Below are positions 43,001-47,559 of a stretch of DNA of 47,559 nucleotides, in pieces. The first letter of the stretch is position 1, and the number at the start of each line of letters is the position of its first letter. This DNA is from a virus (lineage: Duplodnaviria > Caudoviricetes). Both the position numbers and the translations under genes were made by a program. Under the pieces are notes generated by a model. It saw nothing but the letters and a program-made list of their open reading frames with translations, was not told where the DNA came from and searched no databases. Location of the stretch: positions 1 to 47,559 of IMG/VR virus record IMGVR_UViG_3300037470_000196. One strand, given 5' to 3'.

Positions 43001-44716
43001 GCCGGTGGGACGCGGGGGAATGGCGACAGTAAACCCAACAGAACTGCCGTTGGTGAATGCATCATATATGAATTGACTTGGATCTTCTGTTGCGGCACGG
43101 GCGGACTTTGTACAGTAGGCAATTGAATTATCGGCACCAGTTCCGACATTATTTGTAAAGTCCTGCCCGGTATCTCCGTACCCAGTAGGAAATGTGTTAA
43201 CTATATTCTCTTCTACAGCCGTTGCCAGTAGAGCGAAAAATAGATAATTGGCCGTTCCCAGTGCGGGTGTTACTGGGTTCGGATCATTGGTTGTTGATCC
43301 GGCAGTGGTGGCTGTAGAAGCAGTGCTAATAGAAGGATTTACTGTTACACTGGCGTCATCAATTACCCAGATTCGAGCGTTCAACGATTGCGTGGCACTA
43401 AGAACAATTACCGTTAGGTCACTTTGCGCTGCAATGGCGTCTGTTACCGTCAACCAATAAACGTAACACCTAGCGGAAGCGACAGCCCCTGTTGCTATCT
43501 GTACCCAGGGTCGTTCTGACGGTAATGTGGCTACTGCTGTGATTCCGGGGGATAGGAACATCAGTACACCCTGCCCCGCCGTCAATTTGGGCAACGAGAT
43601 AGAGTGTGATGTAGAGGGTAAGTTGAACTGATACCCATCCGTAAGGGATACCGTAGGAAACGGCGCCCCGCTGTTGTTAGCGGACGACGTGTAAACTAAT
43701 CCTGGTCCAGCGAACGCCGCCCACCCGTTGGGGCGATTAGGCTGGTCAAAGTCAAACAGGTTACCGTCGAATGAGTTAGCCAGGACGTTTTGGTCTGCAT
43801 CGAGAGACAACACGCCTGAACGTCGGCCCGGCACTGCCAAAGTGATTGCCGTTGAATGCTGGCTTGTGGTCCATGACCAACTTGTAGGAGTCAACTGACT
43901 GGCACGAGATGTTCGATAGCCGTAGGCAATTGTACAGTCGTTAGCAGAAGCCTCGTTATTCTGATCCTCTCCTGTTGCAATGAAGTCATCAGGAAAGTCA
44001 ATGACGTTGTTGGGGAGCAAATCGCTTTGTATGGCCAGCAATGCGAAAAATAAGCAATTGCTCAAACCCGCCGTGACGAACACTCGGGGTGAACTGGATC
44101 CTGTGGCTCCGCTATTGCTACGAACCGCGGCAATAGACGATGTCTCGGTTAGATCCGAATCCTGAATCAGGTACACACGAGCTAGCCCACCGGCGCTAAC
44201 ATCGTATGTGATGACTAGGTCATCATCCTCTGTTTCGTCTATGACTTTTTCAATGACGGCCTGTGCGCTGGTTACAGAACCAGCAACCGTGCCCACCATT
44301 GTCCAGTCGGTGGGGGTATCAATGGACTGTGGCGCGGAACCCTCAACGTTGATGAATATCAACACGCGATCACCTGCTAGACGACCAGCAGGCAAAGGAA
44401 TCGTTTGCGTAGTATCCGCAGTATCAAACGTAACGGTGTATTCGTCCGTTACTGTCGGGAACGGGACACCCTCGTTATTCAGGCTATTGCTGTACGCTAT
44501 ACCGTCACCTGCGAATGCGTCCCAGTCCCACGACCGTGCGGGGGCAATACCTTCAAACAGGTTGCCGAAGAATGTACCAGCAGGAAAGCCCGACGAAAGC
44601 GCGCTTACGTTGAAGCCCGGGATCCTGGCTTCGCTGCTGAAGGCATCGATCTCAACGTCACCGGATACAATTAGTCCGGCGTCACGGAAATCTGGGGCGT
44701 CAAAAGGAGATGCCAC
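40094..44716 (-). CDS. Large fibre/spike-like virion protein with internal repeats
   Basis: 1540 aa, Thr/Ser/Gly-rich beta modules; KGLAPLSGGGTTNFLRADGTWA linker; repeated GEVLTSQGPG..PAW modules. Confidence 0.8.
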   Translation of the reverse strand: MASPFDAPDFRDAGLIVSGDVEIDAFSSEARIPGFNVSALSSGFPAGTFFGNLFEGIAPARSWDWDAFAGDGIAYSNSLNNEGVPFPTVTDEYTVTFDTADTTQTIPLPAGRLAGDRVLIFINVEGSAPQSIDTPTDWTMVGTVAGSVTSAQAVIEKVIDETEDDDLVITYDVSAGGLARVYLIQDSDLTETSSIAAVRSNSGATGSSSPRVFVTAGLSNCLFFALLAIQSDLLPNNVIDFPDDFIATGEDQNNEASANDCTIAYGYRTSRASQLTPTSWSWTTSQHSTAITLAVPGRRSGVLSLDADQNVLANSFDGNLFDFDQPNRPNGWAAFAGPGLVYTSSANNSGAPFPTVSLTDGYQFNLPSTSHSISLPKLTAGQGVLMFLSPGITAVATLPSERPWVQIATGAVASARCYVYWLTVTDAIAAQSDLTVIVLSATQSLNARIWVIDDASVTVNPSISTASTATTAGSTTNDPNPVTPALGTANYLFFALLATAVEENIVNTFPTGYGDTGQDFTNNVGTGADNSIAYCTKSARAATEDPSQFIYDAFTNGSSVGFTVAIPPRPTGQLSTDDIPINALEDIASPSLLGRVTAGAGEVEVLTPTQATTVLNVFTPTLKGLAPLSGGGTTNFLRADGTWAPASGGATPAWSVTLAVSVLSGANNPVIEDAQYMQWGVAAPTEVTGQIRSNEIFHINVDRSFNVNAGENVNIIGPDSHLYQCTNGNIDIEALDDVTLTATNGFIGITADDNVDVIAGLSITLTPSGSLLMGSPTLTNDIAINSAGIIDINSVGDIINLNAGGGINLNAGGQIVLESDTDVVLMSGGAVNRLTITDDGEWEVEGDGGAAGEVLTSQGPGVPPAWVASAGDDWADVLAADPSSGANNPVIESGQHIRFGAVDGTLTGQIRSSVDPFRTSTSGSLQFFVGTSGFFSFGSEIEIQATGYAALRSGVASVTLSTNSVDRLTINNDGEWEVEGDGGAIGEVLTSQGPGVGPAWVASAAADWADVLAADPSSGANNPHIETGQILSFGNSGALPAAGELRSSAPFEINVIGAMTIDSTSVFQGIGGTFAVLTAETEDAVVRALAGSAILSTDSVDRLAITVDGEWEVEGDAGERSETIVSGGPGAPPAWGLIRPDILDNFMGGTAVSGSIGALGWHFANVTGSGTCARENNNNLDGVIVITTGGNTNDACYLSLGDTSARSVMAISQFQWVEWHIRPQIGTNINFMVGLGFSMQTALTFSTQGIFFHYESATSDKWRCTTRSSSVSTTTTTTLTMGTAGVSRLAIRHNLDTFDVDFFVNGNLVASHTTNIPSAPLNLGMRVEQMGASSRYLRLSRFTAIRRRDARLVDIFSEELPTDPVAFVSVETGDDSFTATVPAGDNRLLVAVVFSSAATADRTATYGGVAMTAAITTNDWVQIFYMLDPPVGAATLAVTGGSVAFMNATHYTGVDSFQAASAQEGQAASASFSPSDAAVVVFGMSAESAGHAPLAGTNERYDAASNEWQGDRIVTGSGSVNVGASTATNPDYAGCIFLSV
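41649..42196. repeat. Direct repeat of about 145 bp inside the fibre gene (offset 402 nt)
   Basis: 41649-41794 vs 42051-42196, encoding EWEVEGDGG..GEVLTSQGPGV.PAWVASA..DWADVLAADPSSGANNP; partial third copy near 41370. Confidence 0.85.
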
Positions 44717-44732
44717 TAACGTGCCTCGTGGG

Positions 44733-45086
44733 TTAGGGGATGACGGCTTCTAGTGCGTCGTGCAACTCCAAAAGGATACTCCGCTCTCGTCCGTACATGG
44801 CGTAGCGGGCGCGCAGTCGATCAAGCGCACTAGGCTGAAACAAGGCAACGTGGCCGGCGTCCGTGAGAGACCCGATAGCAGTAACCCAGGCTCCATTGTC
44901 ACTGACTTCTAGGAGGTCTAGGGTGTGAACTAGGCGCTTGACCAGGGTGAGTAAGTGGGGCTCTTTGCCTGGTACTTCATCCTGAGTTGTCTCTAGCTCC
45001 TCCGCCGAAATTGTAGTGATCAGCAGGATCTGAGAGGCTGAGGCATTACCCGCAGTACCTCGTCTGGGGTAGTACGTTGCAGCCAT
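44733..45086 (-). CDS. Hypothetical protein (head module)
   Basis: 117-aa ORF, GAGG upstream. Confidence 0.7.
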   Translation of the reverse strand: MAATYYPRRGTAGNASASQILLITTISAEELETTQDEVPGKEPHLLTLVKRLVHTLDLLEVSDNGAWVTAIGSLTDAGHVALFQPSALDRLRARYAMYGRERSILLELHDALEAVIP

Positions 45087-45093
45087 TCACGCC

Positions 45094-45696
45094 TCAGTTT
45101 TGGAGCCTGCTTTTGTGGTTCCGATCAGAGACGGCGCGATCCAGGGGAGAAGCAGACGGGTTCAGTGCCTGAAGCTCCTGCTCTGTAAAGATGCCAGTTC
45201 GCATTGCAGCAGTCTGCTTAGCCACTACTGCGGCGTGCTGCTCAAAACGCAACTTGATCTGGCGGTCAATGTACTCACGGTTGATTTCAGCCGCAGTACG
45301 CTTGTCCCGATTACGCATCTCAAAGCGCTTCTGCTCCACAACTTTCTGTGCAGCCTTCACCGCTTTATTCTTTTCGTCAGCTTCGGCCTGAACAGCCTGT
45401 AGTGCTTCCTCTGCCTGTCTGACTTCGACACGCAATTGCGCCATGTCCACTTCTAGCGAAGGCTCTTTCGGGGTTTGTGCTAGGACTGCTTTGGCGGCTT
45501 GGCGCTCCTGAGCCTGACGGGTCTGCCGCTGTAGCATGGTTTCTTCAGGGACCGGCGTTGCGGTGACCTTAACTTCGGGGACCGGAACCGGCGGCGCTTC
45601 GGCCGTCGGTTCCGGGGACGAGTCTTCACTAACACCAAGTAGGGACTTGATTGCTTCGGGATTCATGGGTTGGGTTTTTCCTTTTCTTCTGGACAT
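45094..45696 (-). CDS. Coiled-coil protein (head module)
   Basis: Pro-rich N-terminus, long heptad region, SPLDRA near the end. Confidence 0.75.
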   Translation of the reverse strand: MSRRKGKTQPMNPEAIKSLLGVSEDSSPEPTAEAPPVPVPEVKVTATPVPEETMLQRQTRQAQERQAAKAVLAQTPKEPSLEVDMAQLRVEVRQAEEALQAVQAEADEKNKAVKAAQKVVEQKRFEMRNRDKRTAAEINREYIDRQIKLRFEQHAAVVAKQTAAMRTGIFTEQELQALNPSASPLDRAVSDRNHKSRLQN

Positions 45697-45713
45697 TGTC
45701 CCTATTTGATTGG

Positions 45714-46223
45714 TTAGTCGTCACCGAGCACTAGATAGGCCAGGTAAATTGTGCCGTTTACCAGGAACGGAGCCGTGGTGCCGTCCGTAATGTCAGCCTC
45801 GTCCGTCAGGGCAAAGTTGATATTGAGATCAACGTCGGCAGCAGTGTTATCAACCATCAGGCCAGCTCCCACACCGCGAACAACCGGTGTCACCTTCGCA
45901 GTTGCTGCGCCGTTGGTAACCTCTGCGATGATATCTTCTTCCGTGCCGGCGATAGCTCCGTTTGCGTCAACCGTAGTACCGATACCATAAGTGGAGGGGA
46001 ATGCGGCATCAACAACGTCATCATCTTCGGTGCTAAAAGACAGATAACTGGTCGCGCCAAGAATGAGGACGTTACCCTGCGGTAGACCACCGGCAACGGC
46101 ACTACCGAAACCGACACCGGCCCCAGTAGCTGTCACCAGCAATGGAAGGTCTTTGACTGGAATAGCGCGCGTTTGGGCTACTTGCGGGTTGTTGGCGATT
46201 GCTCGCGGAAATCCTTTGGACAT
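45714..46223 (-). CDS. Probable head decoration / virion structural protein
   Basis: Directly after the capsid gene; MSKGFPR start, GLPQGNVLILGA, ends LGDD. Confidence 0.7.
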   Translation of the reverse strand: MSKGFPRAIANNPQVAQTRAIPVKDLPLLVTATGAGVGFGSAVAGGLPQGNVLILGATSYLSFSTEDDDVVDAAFPSTYGIGTTVDANGAIAGTEEDIIAEVTNGAATAKVTPVVRGVGAGLMVDNTAADVDLNINFALTDEADITDGTTAPFLVNGTIYLAYLVLGDD

Positions 46224-46254
46224 TTCGTTTTCCTTTCAGGGAGGGGGAAGTGGT

Positions 46255-46290
46255 TCCCGGTGCATAGACCCCAAGGTCTATGCACCGGGA
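46255..46290. terminator. 16-bp perfect hairpin after the capsid stop codon (no U tract)
   Basis: tcccggtgcatagacc-ccaa-ggtctatgcaccggga. Confidence 0.6.
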
Positions 46291-46296
46291 GACCAA

Positions 46297-47385
46297 TTAG
46301 GCCTCGCGGGTCCGGAGAACGGCGAAGGGGATGTTCTTGCGAGTTTGCGCGGAACGAGACCAGCTGGCCGCGTCATCCAGCACAGCGTTGGTGGGACCGG
46401 CGGTGTCCGTACCGATGCTGCCCACGAACTGGTGGCCCATGGGGTGAACACACCAGGCCACCCGATTCCACAACTCGTCAACACCCTGACCGTTGCCACC
46501 ATGGTTGTGGAACTCACGGGTCAGCGCGTTGGGGGCCGGCGCCATCGCAAAACGAAGGAATCCGGGACCGAACAGGTAAGAGTCGTAGATTTGACCGGAT
46601 TGCGGCATGCCGTCATCGACCGTCAGGCGAAGGCCATAAAACGTCTCGAAGAGCGGATTGCCCTCAGAGTCCTTCTCAAACTCAATCAGGTTGTTCTTGC
46701 GCATCCGATTACGAACCGCGGAGTGCACAGCCAGATTGGTGATTTGGTTGTCCGCGTCACCCAAGGTTTGCAACGTATCATTCAGCGCATCAGCATTGAA
46801 GTTGGTGATTCCGTTGACGAACGACCCACCAGAGATATCCACCGTCAGGTCACCCTGCGTGTGGGTATCCGTGCCGTTGGGCGCCAGGTCGTTATCCGCC
46901 ACCACACCGGCCAAGATAGCCAGAACGAAGCGCTGAAACCGACGTGCCCAGTAGGTGCCGGTTAGGCTACCCACAACCTCCAGGATGGAGGGGCTGCTGG
47001 CAGAAACACTCTGCGTCAACGAAGCAACTGACCAGTGCATGTTGCGCTGAACCCGAACCGCCTGTTCGACGTGCGCGGTGATAATCTGCGGCTCCAGCAA
47101 GGAAAACACTGCCGCGGGATCCTGGTAGTAAGGCGCCTGGGCATCGCTGCCAACACGCTCTTCCACCGAAGAATCAAGATCGTTCCACGTGGGCTGGGTC
47201 AGCAACAGGCCGCCCCCGCCCCCGCCCGCTACTCCGTTTACCCAGTTCTCTAGAACCGGATCGGCCTGAAGGATGCCAGAATTAACGAACTTGGTCAGTT
47301 CCTTGGTGCGCTCAATTGAATACCCAGTGAACACAGCCGGCGAGAAGCCGATGTTCTCAATTGCGGTCGTAGGAAAAAGTGCCAT
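46297..47385 (-). CDS. Major capsid protein
   Basis: 362 aa; F..Y..ERT.E...FVNSGI, P.WNDL, YW.RR.Q, AVHSAV, T.YGL...VDDGMP, YDSYLFG.G, HP.G; position upstream of head-tail genes. Confidence 0.92.
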   Translation of the reverse strand: MALFPTTAIENIGFSPAVFTGYSIERTKELTKFVNSGILQADPVLENWVNGVAGGGGGGLLLTQPTWNDLDSSVEERVGSDAQAPYYQDPAAVFSLLEPQIITAHVEQAVRVQRNMHWSVASLTQSVSASSPSILEVVGSLTGTYWARRFQRFVLAILAGVVADNDLAPNGTDTHTQGDLTVDISGGSFVNGITNFNADALNDTLQTLGDADNQITNLAVHSAVRNRMRKNNLIEFEKDSEGNPLFETFYGLRLTVDDGMPQSGQIYDSYLFGPGFLRFAMAPAPNALTREFHNHGGNGQGVDELWNRVAWCVHPMGHQFVGSIGTDTAGPTNAVLDDAASWSRSAQTRKNIPFAVLRTREA

Positions 47386-47397
47386 TTAACTTCCTGT

Positions 47398-47426
47398 TAC
47401 GATTTAACCCTCGTATGGGAGTGAGA
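47398..47426 (-). promoter_or_regulatory. Element C, diverged copy 4, in the capsid leader
   Basis: TCTCACTCCCATACGAGGGTTAAATCGTA. Confidence 0.75.
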
Positions 47427-47429
47427 ATA

Positions 47430-47460
47430 GATAGGAGGATGGGGTTGTAACCTGCCTATC
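47430..47460 (-). promoter_or_regulatory. 6-bp stem (GATAGG/CCTATC) presenting element B in the capsid leader
   Basis: 17-nt identity to 9129-9145. Confidence 0.75.
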
Positions 47461-47509
47461 GTCACGACCCGGTCAGGAAGCCAAACACCGCACTGGCGTT
47501 CAACCTACT

Positions 47510-47541
47510 GACAGCATGGCACGATTCCTGCATGCTGTCAA
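47510..47541 (-). promoter_or_regulatory. Capsid promoter TTGACA-17-CATGCT within dyad TGACAGCATG/CATGCTGTCA, overlapped by plus-strand TGGCACGATTCCTGCA
   Basis: Consensus -35, 17-nt spacer and 10-bp inverted repeat read directly. Confidence 0.7.
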
Positions 47542-47559
47542 GTATGACACGATACGACT

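Noticed and set aside
46063-46965. 300-aa plus-strand ORF (and most other plus-strand ORFs in the track)
   Set aside because: Antisense to clear genes, with no motifs or ribosome-binding sites.
1-47559. tRNA genes, integrase, DGR
   Set aside because: No cloverleaf, recombinase or reverse transcriptase motifs seen by eye; tRNAscan-SE would be needed to exclude tRNAs.

Overview
About 47.6 kb of a tailed dsDNA phage (siphovirus-type) genome, almost all encoded on the minus strand. Read right to left: major capsid, head accessory genes, a 1540-aa fibre-like protein, head-tail connectors, tail tube, tail chaperones (-1 frameshift), tape measure, tail tip and CHAP endolysin. An accessory region follows (tandem Ntn/HslV-like proteases, metallophosphoesterase, a plus-strand island with intein-containing ThyX, an SspB-like ClpXP adaptor). 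The window ends with replication and RNA-repair genes (SNF2-like helicase, N6-adenine methylase, SSB-like protein, RtcB, a RecD/Dda-like helicase with two inteins, 2H phosphoesterase, P-loop kinase, family A DNA polymerase running off the left edge). The SspB type and lipoprotein style suggest a Myxococcota host (inference). Most notable observations: (1) an intein whose Zn-finger + Vsr/DUF559-like endonuclease is encoded in the +1 frame while the intein frame stays open; (2) a second, loop-deleted major capsid paralogue among the early genes, with an in-frame TGA at codon 10; (3) three families of dispersed, co-oriented non-coding elements (a 35-nt covarying hairpin, a 17-nt loop motif, a 31-nt pseudoknot/dyad); (4) four structural-gene sigma70-like promoters, each overlapped by a reverse-oriented sigma54 -24/-12 box. 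All calls come from reading the sequence by eye; no database search or folding program was run.
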